A stretch of DNA of 64,000 bases, taken from Paraphysomonas bandaiensis. Lineage: Eukaryota > Protista > Chrysophyceae. The stretch covers positions 62,001 through 126,000 of the forward strand of contig CBFFRP010000284.1 in the NCBI GenBank assembly GCA_965644295.1, read 5' to 3'. Each line of letters opens with the position of its first letter. Within the stretch, counting starts at the first letter, position 1. Below the pieces are notes generated by a model that saw only the letters and a program-made list of their open reading frames with translations, had not been told where the DNA came from and made no database searches. Below, piece after piece: positions 1-13,526 of this stretch. Both the position numbers and the translations under genes were made by a program.

Positions 1-215
1 CTCCTACAATATAATATTAATATATAGTTTTATTTATTACTCCCATTAGTACTCAAAAAGTGTTTTTGGTCTGAATTCTGAATTGGGTTTAACAGAATGC
101 TCATATTAGCACCGGGCAAAATAGACAGTGGTCGGTTAGAAGTTAGAACATTAGAATTAGAATAGAAACTATCTTCTATCTTAGTTATGACATTGTCAGT
201 GACTTCATTATACAT
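1..215 (-). CDS. Probable first exon of a gene running off the left edge (unknown product)
   Basis: ATG at 215 and an open frame to a GTAATA donor near 41; an AT-rich intron-like segment ends in TTGTAG near 5; no homology recognised. Confidence 0.3.
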
Positions 216-805
216 TATACTGGGAAACAGAAGTATCACGACGATTCAAGATACAAAAGTTGATCAGCGGTTGACATGAAAGAAATATATAACGATGTTA
301 TTGATATATTTTACATGACAGTGCAAAATGGTGTGTGCGTGTGTGCAATAATAAATAATTATCGTATCTATCTAGTAACCTTCTCTTACGACCTAAACCA
401 AAAGGTTCAAAAGCCAAGCGGTACTATAAGCTTTCATTGTCTCTTTTTTTAATTGTTAATCGGGAAACACCTATTTTTTCGAACAGCTAGTCAACTACAA
501 ATTGATATGCATTCTTGATGTAATAGGTTTTTACATCATGAGGATAAGCTAGAATTTAACCTAGGGATAGGAGGATCGTGCCTTGTCGAATCTTTAATCT
601 CGGGCTCCTTTTCACTCATGATACGGCAATAGTACAAATGCTATTTATCGACTTTGCCTAGGACATATTCGGAGATACAAAGAGCATTTGTGAAAGCCAA
701 GGCGAGAATCTAGACACAGTTACATATAAATTATCTTTATACAAAATATCAGATACATCTACAACTAAAGCCACAACAATCTATCTAATACAATTGAAAA
801 CAGAA

Positions 806-2203
806 TTATATTATCTGCATTCGTCTACACAAGAAAGGAAGGGCAATCGAAAGTACCGTAGCTATAAGTGCAGAACCAGTCGATATCGTCGTAAACATAC
901 TTTCAGATGACTCGAAAGTGTTTCGCATGTTCATTCCCCACAGTGCACACAAAAACATACCAAGACTGCATGCGCAATTAATAAGCGTCAAGATCAGGTC
1001 CGCTACTTGTAGCTGGTTTCGTGCTATGTCCGATCGTAGGTTCATCTACAAGATATTGCATTACTGCAACATAGCATTTGACACACACAGTCCCACCATA
1101 TTCACGGCATCACCAAGCCTACTCAGAAGTATATTTTGCTGCGTAATGAGTGCGTTATAGTCCATGAGATATGAATCAAGAAGTGCCTAAGAAACGAATC
1201 ACTTCACATCTTACCGAACATAGCATTTTTAAGCGACCCACCTCTACTTCTTCGTGCGTCTCCATCATCTTCGGTGATAGAGGGGATCTATAACATGTCA
1301 AAACTACACTAAAAATACATTTCACACAGTCTCCCACCTATACAGGTCAGGTTCGGATTTGAGAACCGATAGATTCATTAAAGCCATCTCTTCGTCATCC
1401 TCCATCAACTCTTCAATGATCTGCTTATGTGCCTGAGCCCTTTGCAGCTGCTCCGACACCTCATATTTACACTGTAGGGTCTTCTCCTGTATAGCTACAG
1501 GTACCACGCTCCTAAAGGACTTCATGACCTTGAATATCTTTTGTGCTCTACTCTGTAGCACAGACAGCTCTTGCTTAAACACTTCCACCACAGTACCCAA
1601 GATTCCCTCAAGCACGTGCCACTCGAAATTCACGTCTTTATTGTGACTGATACATTCCTAACAATAATACTATCATCGGGGCGATTTACATAAGCCACAG
1701 AAAACCTACCTTGATGTGTGTGGTAAGGCAGTCTACAGTGTCGGATCCAGTATCAGGGCATCGGAATATAAGCACCTTGTCCGCCATCACAACAGCACGA
1801 ACTGGGCTGAGAGCAACAAGCACAGCATGACGTCTGATCAGCAATGCTACTTCCTCCTGAGGGGTGTAGGTATAGTCGAGACGATGCAAATCACGTAGTT
1901 TAATATCATTCTCACGAGGACGAGGTTTACCAGTGTCACTATAACTTCTCTGATGTCTACATGACAATACATACATACATTACATACATATAATACTCAT
2001 ATATATTATTACTTCTGTTGAGAGGATATATACGTAGAACTGTTATCTTTATTCGTTCCTTCAGGATGATATTTATTTATTACAGTCTTAATATGATGCA
2101 ATAAATCACGAACTGTATAGAGACATTCGACTATATGCCCGTTATTGTTAAGCTCTATTACACAACTCACTGGTTTAGTATTATAAGTGTTAACATTTGT
2201 CAT
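806..2203 (-). CDS. MRS2/CorA-family magnesium transporter, 6 exons
   Basis: GT-AG introns of 50-56 bp inferred at 1957-2012, 1658-1709, 1288-1337, 1187-1241 and 1046-1096. Motifs: LRDL, 'FEWHVLEGIL', 'LMEDDEEMALMNLS', 'RNQL', and GMN at the end of TM1 followed by a second TM. Confidence 0.9.
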
Positions 2204-2796
2204 AGTGAGAGAATGATCATTATAATGATATGACTGGAATGGGATCTTGTTAATGATATCTTAGACAGTGTGGTTAGCTAAGAGTGGAATCATTGTGCTA
2301 TATATGACACAGAACTTCTGTATGACGTATCGGCAGTCAGCGTCTTATTTTTTCGGAAATAAATTGAAGCGAAATTCTTTTACATTACTGCACTATAAGT
2401 ACGTCTGAAATACACATAATTGTTATCTCAATATATGAGGCATCTTGGAACAAAAACATACAAAGGATGCCGATGCAATCACTATAGTAAGCCTCTGTAC
2501 ACAATATCCATATGAAATACAGCAGTACTGCGATATACACTTCCATACTGTGTATATGAGAGCAGAGTATAGTATACACGTACGTGGTATATCATCTCAT
2601 CCCATATGGAGAGATGTATCTCTCTACTTTTACATACGTACATAATTCTACTACAGTACGCGTATTCCTTCATAATATATATTCGTTGAATAATTGTTTT
2701 GAAATCTTGAAATACATATTTGTAGTCTTATAGGAATATTCCATAGTTTAAACTCCATTTTTTTAGGTAGGATTATCTACGTAGTTTTCTATATGA

Positions 2797-2938
2797 TTAG
2801 GGTTCTGTACGTAGTTTTCTATATGGTTAGGGTTATTGCTAGGGTTAGGGTTAAGTAACCCTACCTATACCTACCTGTATATAGAGATTCTACGTAGCAG
2901 CTAGGGTTAGCTAGGGTTAACACACACATTAACCCTAA
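2797..2938. promoter_or_regulatory. Cluster of telomere-like TAGGGTT/AACCCTA motifs directly upstream of the telobox-Myb gene
   Basis: About 8 (T/C/G)TAGGGTT units in both orientations within ~140 bp, ending ~45 bp before the ATG at 2984; function is inferred. Confidence 0.55.
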
Positions 2939-2983
2939 GCATCATAACATACCCCATATATACATATATATATATATTAATTC

Positions 2984-5250
2984 ATGGAATCTATCACAGA
3001 TTTACAAACATTATATAATACTGCCGAATGGGCAGTATATCATGGTTATCATGGTATATTAAGTGGTAATCTCTCCGTCATATACCATACATAACATCAA
3101 CACACATATATATATATATAGATACGATAAAAATTCTAGAAAGTCGTGGAGGATCAGTTGCTACTGGATCTGTATTGGATAAACGGCTCAAGTTTTCTGG
3201 ATATTTAGCTGCTGTATGTTTAATATAAAACTGTTTTGATATGAGGATATTCATGACATGATGGTGTAGGTTAAATCAGATATTGACGATAGGGAACTAA
3301 AGCTGATTGATTCTCTTACTTTTTTAGATGATCTTGTAAGATATATGTGAGTTATATGAAATGTTACTTATGTGATATGTTTGTAGTATGACAGCTTTAA
3401 AGATCTCTGCAAGTCAGATGCATGTAGTGATTTTCATTGGGTGAGAATCAGGCAGTTAACAGCCATGCAGGTTGAGCGTATTATATTTCTATGCTCTGTA
3501 TGTCACACATTTTTAGCTCGGGATTCTGTGCCTCAAGAAGCACCTGGATATACCAGCCCTTTCTCCCCCACCTGCGGATCCTAGGGAGATAGCAATCCCT
3601 GCCCAGTTTTGCTATAGTGATTTCAAGAAGGAGGTAGAAAGTATATTTGACAAATACAAAAAATACCCCAGTACATTGGCAGTGGGTAAGGTGGAGGATG
3701 AGCATATACGTAATTCTATGTCTGCACTTCTGGACATATTTCAAGTGAAGCCAATGACTACGAATAAAGTAAAGTACCGAGCGCATTACATACTCCATCA
3801 CTACTGCATATCTGGTTTCCGACACGAGGCTCAGTGCTTTGCCAAAATGGTTGAGAATGAGGTATGATTGCATTTCATACGCTTATGTTTGTAATGAGTC
3901 ACAGGTTCTTCCTCCTCCACCAGCAGCCCCGGGTCAGTCTCTGGCGCTGTTTTCTGGCAGCCAATCGGAGAGCTCCGCCACACCGACAGGAAAGGTGTCC
4001 AATTCTTCCAAGGATAAATCTTTGGATGCGCAGGATGCTGCAGCGGCGCGAGCACTGGGTGTATTACGAAAGCAAGACTGGACCCGTGACGAAAGGGATG
4101 AGAAGGGCCCATACGGTGCGTTGTTGATATTACATTTCCAAACGTTGAATATACTATACATGCAGCATCACAAAAGCAAGATAACAGTAGACGAAGGAAG
4201 GTAGCAGCACCTCCTCCAGAGGAATCTAGTGATGACACTGAGGAGCAGCAGGCGTCGGTACGGCGCTTACTTATCTGTTTTTGTTGTCCGCCAAAATCTG
4301 AGTTTTCCTGTACTATAGTCCCCGCGTGTCCGGCGGAGCGGACGCCTCAGAGGAGAGACTGCGGAAGCAACTGAGTTAGCTTTGCGACGTAATCAGATGA
4401 CCCGCAATAATAGCGGGCGTGATCCTCTGGTAGAAGCTATCGGTGTGGATAGCGTGAAACCTGTGGTTTCTGTTGCTGGTCAGAAGAAGTTGCGCTCGCA
4501 GCGTGGACATGTGTCAAAAGGCCATGATAATAAGGAGGAGGAGGATGAAGGCAGTGATGGTGAAGAAAAAGGGTTAGGCGCAATGCCCATTGGAATTTTG
4601 ATCATAATATGCTGTATTTTTACGTGCAGGGGGAAAGATGCGCAACAATCACGTCAATCGTCATCAGGATGGAAAGAGAAGAGACGTCTGATTGATAGTC
4701 GAGTTACGTCATCCACGGTATTTTGGACTTTAATGTTACCAATACTAGGTTTGATATATTACGTAGGTTGACTTCGGAGAATCCGATGTAGATTCCGAAG
4801 GTGAAAGTCCTGAAAAGTTGACCAAGAGAATGAGAATTGAGGTGCTATTGGCCTGTCATTTTGATCTTGTTTTATATCTGGTGTTTAGGCCATTGAAAAG
4901 AAGAAGTTTCCTCGTGAATTGGAAGGCTTAAGCCCTGTTGCTAGCCCAGGGACACGTAAGCGGTATCCAGAGGTTCGTCTGCGGTGGAGTGCAGATGAAG
5001 AGGAGGCGTAAGCTGGTTGCGGCAACGTTTTCTTGTCTTATTTCTGTGGTGTAGGTTTATGGAAGGCATTCGCAAGCACGGTGTAGGTTCTTGGGCCGAA
5101 ATTCTTCAAGACCCAGAGCTTAGCTTCAGGGTAAGGATGAATGTGACTTAGCTATGTTGTTACTGAAGGATGGTATAGTTTTGCGGAAGAACCAATGTGA
5201 ATTTGAAGGATAAATATCGCAATTTAAAAAAGATCGGGGTATTGGACTAG
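2984..5250 (+). CDS. TRF-like telomere-repeat-binding protein (C-terminal telobox Myb, TRFH-like N-terminal helical domain), multi-exon
   Basis: Spliced C-terminus RWSADEEEAFMEGIRKHGVGSWAEILQDPELSFRFCGRTNVNLKDKYRNLKK, matching the telobox LKDK(W/Y)RN motif; stop TAG at 5248-5250; many ~50-bp introns; low-complexity linker. Confidence 0.85.
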
Positions 5251-5951
5251 GCTTGCTGCTTGTGCAGATACTGGAAGCTTTGGTGTTATTTGCCCATTTA
5301 TCGTATTGTTCGAGGTGCCGCCATGCGTTGTGTTGCATGAATTATTGTAATAAATATTTGGCTTTGATTGTTAAGTCTTTAACAAAACTGCACTCATGGG
5401 GGAATACGTGATCATTCAACTGAAGTGTCCACCAACAGGTAATTGTTAAATATGTAGTTCAACCGAATTGTCAATTTTATTCATGAAGAAATTATCGATG
5501 TTGTGGCTAAATATTGAATCAGTACCAAAATTTATTGGGCCTATTATTGGACCTAGACAATTTATTAGGTGTAATTTTCTTGTCAAACCTAAAAATAGTG
5601 CAAAAACGTTGAAAACTTATAATTTCAGTTCACAATGGCTATGTGTTTATGGTTTATGGTACTCACCTAGCCATCAATTAATATTTAATGAATGCAGATT
5701 TGCTTTGACTAGGTTTTTACAGCAAAATTGGTGGTGAAACTAGAAGTCGGTGTGCTCAACAAACCTGGGAAAGTGATTTCACCAGGTTTCATATATGGAA
5801 AAGTTAGAAAAACTGAAATACTTTGACTGTAATAGGATCGTGTCTAGCTAAGACCTGTTTGTCTTGGTTGGTAGTTGAGAGAATATAGTTATAGAAATGA
5901 TGAGAGATGTTGATTGTAACTTTACCATTTAATAATTGTTCAAGTTCAACT

Positions 5952-6494
5952 AATATTGAATGTCTTTTTATTTAGCAATAGGCGTTAAAAACCCGTTCCG
6001 ATATAGCGGCTAGTTGAATACTAGTCTACTAGTTAGACCTCTACCCATAACTAATCAGCGCAAATTCTATTATCCTACTATTTAACGCTACAGAAGCTGC
6101 TTGTGCGTCGCCGCAAGCACCAAGGTGCAACCACTTCCGTTCTTGATGTTTGTGTGTGAATTCGCCCTGCTCGTGTGTCTGAGGACTCACTGGCGCGTGT
6201 TGTCCGGGGGTCTCCCCTTGGGATACGGTTCCGCCTGACTCTGAGGTACCGGGTTCTGTATTAAGGTCCTGAGTGTACCGAGCACTAGATGTGTGGACTG
6301 AGAGGTTGATGGTGTGGTGGAATGTGGCGGTGTCGCCATGCACCGTTTGGGCGTTGGGCATAGGTGGAGTTGCCGGAGACGTCGTCGCCTTTGTCTAGGG
6401 CCTGTTGGTTTCATACGGTCCGTTGCTATGGTCCTCTGTGTATGGTTGGTAGGGTTCAGAGGTACGGTGGGCGGTGTTCCAGTCTCGGTTCGTC
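5952..6494 (-). mobile_element. Family E non-LTR-type retroposon, copy A (5'-truncated)
   Basis: 12-bp TSD TCAAGTTCAACT at 5940-5951 and 6495-6506; sense 3' end AATAAAAAGACATTCA+ATATT; remnant ORF ends PKGRPPDNTRQ*. Confidence 0.85.
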
Positions 6495-8185
6495 TCAAGT
6501 TCAACTTACTTTTATCAGTTGATTCACCATCCAAATAATATGTCTACAGTTGATTCAGCAGTATTATAATATAGATTCAATAGCGTGCAATGAAATAATA
6601 TTAGATAAACGAATGTATATTGTAACCGCATACGATTGTGACTGTACAGTATTGTTGTATTGATTGGTTGAAGTGTGCCACACTGTACAGGTGTAGCAAA
6701 GAATATATATATATTTAACCATTAACGAGTGCAAAAACCCGAGTTTTAAACTTTAGACAAGGGAAGATACTCTTTATCCGAAGTGAACAATATATGCAAA
6801 TTAAATTGTAGCTGACCCTCGTGATGTTGAAAACTTAATATTATATTGTATAATAGCTATTAGTAGTTTGCTCACTGTAAGAAGAAATAGATGCTTCCTG
6901 ATTAACATGAAGAAAACAAATGAGAAGTCATATTAGGTAGTTCAGCCAATTTGACCGGGTTGAATAATATTTCCCATTGTTAGATAACGACTTATTAGCA
7001 GCTAAACTTTGTAGAAACGCTTAGACTTTATGCAGAAAAATTATAAATTAAGCGATATCATTCACCATTCATTGTCATTCACCAACTCAATTTATCTCTA
7101 CTATATACCAACCATTTCTAGTACGATCTTACATAGTCACTATCTTGTACAGTCAATATATTATTTCAGTTTCAGAACTATAATACGGTTTTCATAATGC
7201 GGTTACCTACTGCTGTATTCTTGAGTAACGGTTATAATTCAAATATCTTAGAAACTACAGCTTTTAATTGCTCTCAAACAACAGCAAAACTCAACACCTA
7301 TTTTTTTTTCTGATCGCACACAGTTAATGGTTAATGCAGTACTACTTATTAGAATATGGATCTTATTCTAGTATATTCAGTATGTCACTTGAAGACAATG
7401 TACGAGAATACAGTGAAATATAGTGATGTACAAATGCTGTGATAATATTGAGAAACTGAAATAGTTTGATCTTTCAAGATATGTTCAGTAACGAGAGGTT
7501 CGCATATGTAGGATATTATGCAGGGATTATAATGAGTTAGTGTTGGTTATCACAACTTCGTGTAAACGATATTAATAAATCTATCTAGTCTTACGACAAA
7601 TTCTCTCTGTGATCTAGCTTAAAATGAGCATTTCTCAATACTACTAAGTAAAATGTCATGTTGATTGCAACCAATAAAAACATGTATGACTCACTTTCAC
7701 TGTCAACCACACAGGCGGTGTCATTTTTAAACCTATTAAAGTTTCCATTTGTTCCTACTAAAACAACTAAAAAGTGTCACTTGTTCTAAATTTTGCTGAT
7801 GGTAGTTGAGCTGTATTGAAATTTTGTAGAATCGATGAAATTTTAATTGCGCCGACATTGATGAGAAATGTATATTACATTGAGGTGTGTTAATTTGCAC
7901 TCCACGTGCGGTTGGAGCTCAGCTAAGTTTACCAGATATTCGATATTCATATCTCAATGATACAGTTGAAAAGTTACGAATCTATAACATGACACCTTTA
8001 TGTATTACAATTATCAAGTAACGAATAGAAGAACTATAAGCCACTTAAATTGATCAACAATAAATACATTATAAAATAGGGGATATCTAAGGAAAAGAGT
8101 TGAAGTAACAACACAATCAACTCAGAGCAGGTATTAAGTGTTATTTCCGTCCACAACGCGTTTATGGCTAATGTAGAGTTCTAAA

Positions 8186-9706
8186 TTATTGCTGGATGTT
8201 TTTATGAAATTCATAGGCAACTAAAGCGTCCGCAGCTCCTGTAATATAACTCTTCGCATCCTGACTATTTTTATTCTGTAATCTTTCATCCCATACGTCA
8301 GAAAGTACCTACATGATAAATTCTGTTATCACACCACGATGGTAACATCATACACTATTCAGCATACCTCAATTCCAGAAAGAGTAACATGTGCAGCCCC
8401 AACATCCATCCAGGCTTGACACAGTCCTTCATACAGAGTAAGCGAGGCATACTGCTTTGTGTCACCATTATTTTTAGATACAAAGTCAATGGCGTCTTTC
8501 TTGAGAGAGTCACAGAGTGCCTCTTGTCTGGCCTACATGAAACACAAGCAAACCGTGAGCGAAGGGAGAAAAGCTGTAGTAGAAGTAGTACATCTAAAGC
8601 ACAATCAAACGCTCGAATGAGATTTCTGCGCATTGGCTTATATAAGCTCATGAACTCCTTGGCCGCTTCAAACCCACTACTTTCTAGGGCGGTGCAGGCT
8701 TTTTCGAAATTGGGAGAGACATCATTCTCCTTCAGGTATTCCCACTCCTCACAGAAACTTATCTTACTTTGGGAGTTCATTAACGTTAGTCCAAGTAGAA
8801 GATGAGGCATATGTAAGTCAGGAATAGACTGTTGTTCATTCTTTATCTAAAAGAAAAATTTTAGAAAAGAAAACTAGATAAACATTAGTTAACCTTCTCC
8901 AAAAACCTTTGCTCGATGTGTATACAGGAGTCCATATTCTTTTTGAGGCCATCGATGGCAGTGTCTATGCTACAAGCAGGGAGTCTGTTAACAGAAGGGC
9001 ATGCAGACGGAGGAAGAAGCATGCCCGGGGAGCGAGGATGGGCTCTCAGTACGTCAGAAGAAACCATAGGAATCCCCTTCGACACTGTCCACTCGACTAC
9101 ACGAAGTGCACCAGGAACAGTAAAGGCATTACTCGCACACACGACAACATCCAGTAATCCTTCCTCGCATAGATGTTCCATAATACGCAGGTGCTTCTCT
9201 ATATCCCCCTCAGATAACACTTGAACACCCAAGTTCACACCAACTGAGCTGGAAGGGTGCAGTGTACGCAGTTGAACAATTACATTTTTTAATTCTGTCC
9301 ATTCTATTGGGACAGCTATTAAATCTAGTGGACGACCTTTAAAGATGCTCACAACATTAGCAACTTCTGAGGAGTAACTGGTTTGTGATGATACAGTACT
9401 TCCAATCACAAGTGAATCACAGTCAACTTCATCCATTGACTGTATTTATACATTCAATTTAAATATATATTCTATCATATCTCTTACCGATATCTCTGCT
9501 ATATGTTCATACTGTCTTATAGTTGTCCCTGTATTCCCAATAATAAAACGACATCCTGATCGTATGGATCTATCAATGAAGACATCAGATGCATGATATG
9601 AGGGAATGAAAGCATACCTTTCGAGAGATATACAATCAATTGATGGTTTAATGTATGGAGACATCTCAAATCCAAATTTCGTCCCCTGTATATGTATATT
9701 ATTCAT
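8186..9706 (-). CDS. Protein of unknown function (possibly degenerate aldo-keto-reductase/TIM-barrel-like), ~5 exons
   Basis: ORF pieces 9446-9706, 8885-9436 and 8591-8846 joined by short introns; an intron at ~8533-8590 restores the frame ARQEALCDSLKK...SGIE; last exon VLSDVW...IQQ*. Confidence 0.65.
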
Positions 9707-10427
9707 AATTCAGAAGATGAGAGTGATGTGACATACATTCATCAATGAAAACGATCGACAGTGAGCAGGTAGAGTATTTCTAGCCCATTGGAATGCTTGT
9801 ATTGAGTATTTGTAAGTAATCATTGTATAGGATAACATATGACACTATGGGGATATGTGTGTATTATATATAGCAATGAATATATTGCATGTTTTTAATT
9901 AATTCACTTACTCACTTCACAATAGAAGGATGATTGTTATTGGACCATGCAAAGACTTCCACTTCACACAGACCCCTTCTATTCTACTGTACTTGTATAC
10001 TACATAGATGTACATACTGCTCAACATATACAGACATACTGTACAGTATACATGCAGCAGATTATATTATGTAGTGTTATACGCTGTATACGGATGTATA
10101 CCTGCCTCTACTCTACATATGAATTTCTCCATATGTAGAATATGGCATTCAGCATCGTACTTGTTGGACCCATCTGTACAACTTCTACCACACTATACCC
10201 CTTCATTCCCTCCAGCAGCCTATAGATCCACCCCCCCCCCAACTACTGTGCTAAATACATATACATATACATATACACACACCTCACCAGTATATACTTT
10301 GCTAGTATATCTATATATACAAACTAGTGCTGTGTCCGTGTCAGTATATATACATACACTCTCAATACTTTCTTAATATTTATATCCATATTATAGTAAT
10401 ATTTATTACAAGTAAATAGTAGTGGTT

Positions 10428-12733
10428 ATGACAGAAACAGCCACAAATCAAGCTATTAGTGCTTTTGAGGAGATGTCCTTAGATAATGGATCCATGTTAG
10501 CCACTAGAAATGGTACATCTTATGATGGAAACTTTAATTCATCACCAGCACCTGAAACATCAAATGGATCAGGATTAGATGGTAATTTTAATCATTCACC
10601 AGCACCTGAAACATCTTCATCACCCAGTCTTATGGAACCCACACAATCACAACCCACTGGTTCGATTAGTATTGAAATGGAGTGCCCTCATAATAAAGTG
10701 GGGATGGTTATAGGATCTAAAGGAATTATAATACAAGAAATAATGAATCGTACTCACTGTAAAATTGTTATTATTCAAGATAATATACCTGATGGACATC
10801 CTCGAAATGTTGTTATAACAGGCTCTCCCGATCTTGTTCCAATGGCGAAGTCTCTAATTACTGCGGTTATTAATGATGGCCCGTCGGCGCTCATGACTTC
10901 AGCGCCTGGGCAGGATCCATCTGAACCATCTGAGACAGAAGAAATGTTATGTCCCGCGGATAAAGTTGGTTTAGTTATTGGCTCTAAAGGAGTTGTGATA
11001 CAAGACATAATGCGCCGAAGTTTCTGTAAAATTACTATTGATCAAAATTTTCCGGAGGGGGAGCCTAGAGTGGTTATGATTACTGGGAAACGGAGTTTTA
11101 TCGAACAAGCGAAGTCTCTTATTGGTTTAGTAATTGCGAATGGACCTACAGCTCTGAGTCAAAGCCCTGTGGGAAATAGTGGCACTACGATAACTGACGA
11201 AATGGACTGTCCCCAGGATAAAGTTGGCATTGTTATTGGTGCCCGTGGAACCATCGTCCAAGATATAATGCGGAAGTGTGGTTGTCGCATAGTAATCCAC
11301 CAAGATTACCCAGAAGGACACCCCCGCAAGGTGGTGTTCACGGGTACTCCCCGGCAGGTCGAGTCCGGCAAAAGTTTAGTTTCTGCAGTGATAGCGCATG
11401 GTCCTGCAGCCATCCAGATGTCAATGGGAGGGTCGGGAAACATCGTGCAAGATCTGAAAATTATTCAAGCACAAGTTGGAAAACTGATTGGCCCTGGAGG
11501 CAGTACCATCAAAGAAATTCAGCAGCGGTGTGCAGTCAAGATGAACATAGATCAGGTGCTGCCCGACACGGATGAGCGGCGTCTACGCATCACTGGCGAG
11601 GCCAGTCGGGTACAGGCAGCGACACAGTTGGTCTGGCATGTGTTGCATAGTGGGGGTGGGGGTATGATGGGCGGCGTGTTGCCGCAACAACAACCCTATG
11701 CCATGCCAATGATAGGCGGTTATTCTGATGGAACAGGAGCCATGATGCACCCTGCATACTATGCTTCTACTCCGTTGCAGGGAGGCGCGGGGCCATATGG
11801 GATGCAGTCACCCATGGGTGCGGATGGTATGCACCAGATGCAGCCGACCATACACTCCGCTGTTGGACAAGGGCTGGGTTCGGACGGGTTATCAGGCAGG
11901 ATAATGCCTGCGACTCCCATGAGCAACGGTATGATGCACCAGGTGGTTTATATCCTCAAGAATCTCGTGGGGAGGATTGCTGGGAATAACTTTGCTACAC
12001 TTGCGTTAATGATGTCTAAATCTGGCGCGAATATCCAGATCGAACAGGCCCCAGTGATGACTTCTAGAGGTCAGGAGTTGTGTAAAATTAACGTTATCGG
12101 CAGTCAGCAAGGTGTTACTTTGGCTGGACAAATGGTTCAAGAGGTACTATATATGCTCCGTGCTATGTAGTGCAGTACTTTTATTCGCTATGTTGGCATA
12201 GGTAATTATCAATGGGCCAGAAAAGTTGATGTCACTGCCGGATGCCTCTGCTCCTAATATTTATAGCCATGATGGACAGCGCTCTGGGACAAGTGCACAA
12301 CGCACAGTTGGCCCGGAGAGCCAGCAGCATATGTATGGAGGTGAGCCGCACCAGGGATATGGGGGGGGGTACGGTGTACATATGGGTGGAGGGCAACAGC
12401 AAATGTACATGCCGCAGCACGTAAGTTCGTTCTTTTAATTTTGCTTCCTCATTTTTGGTTCGTCCTTAGCCACAGGAACACGGCCATGTTGCAAATGTCC
12501 CGTCGAGCTCGGAAGCGCAGCCCTCTACTGGGTACATGTCTGGCGGAGAGGTGTATGGGCAACCCCCTCAAATACATATGTACCATCAGCAACAACAGCA
12601 ACACCCACAGTTCTACACCCAACAGCAGCATAGCGGGGGGTCTGTTGTAGGTGCTAATGGTATGATGGGAGGCATGCAGCAAACGTACCACCAGCCTCAA
12701 GAGTCCCAGGGTAGCAAGAGCCCTGGAAATTAA
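10428..12733 (+). CDS. Multi-KH-domain RNA/ssDNA-binding protein (FUBP/KHSRP-like)
   Basis: Four GxxG KH repeats (VGMVIGSKG, VGLVIGSKG, VGIVIGARG, VGKLIGPGG) plus a degenerate fifth; Q/G/M/Y-rich tail; introns 12144-12201 and 12421-12469. Confidence 0.9.
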
Positions 12734-13526
12734 TTTTGCATCATATGCTGCATAAGATAATGCAACTGAGGTTATGCCCATCACAATATTTGCATCCAAT
12801 AAAGTCCGAGAAAATGGTGAAAATAAAGTTTTTGAATTAAGAATAAATGTTTTACATGGTACTGATCGATGGATATGTATGCATAATTATGAATAGGTTA
12901 TTCACACACACAGACAGTATTGTGTACATGCATGACAGAATTGGCATGAGTGTAAGTTATGTGTTCCCGTAATCATGATAGTATATGGTATGAACATGTT
13001 CACAATGATGATACTTTTCGTGGTTCTTCACATTTTCTTAATAATTACTTGTCGATTGAAAATGTGTTTGTATATGTTATGTCTGAATTCTAGTCATCAT
13101 GAACTCATGAACCCAGTCAGTCGACGGGCATGATCGTATAAGATATTTATTACTTAGCCTCCACAAGTATACCTTAGCTTAGAAAATTACTTTTGTTGAC
13201 ATTTTACTCGTGTGCTGCGAATTTCAGTCAAATAGTGATATGATTTTCGTTGAGAACTTCAACTTGAGTATTTTAAGGCAAAGTACTCACTTAATTAGGA
13301 GAGATAGGAAGGTTATGATATACAGTTATGTAAGTTGGCCACAACATACACATCACAATTAATAAGAAAGTCATCTACAGTTTAAATAAAACTGCTGAAA
13401 ATGAATCACTGCATATATTACGCAGACACTTGCACACCAATTAAATCATAATATGAATAGAATTAAAGAGTGCTTGAAGACATGAAATACTAATCTTTGA
13501 GAGCAGTAGAAAGAGGCATATAGTTT

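Noticed and set aside
5957-6560. Family E as solo LTRs or TIR elements (TGAA...TTCA)
   Set aside because: 12-bp TSDs, tails and variable 5' truncation do not fit; no PBS/PPT or 4-6 bp TSD
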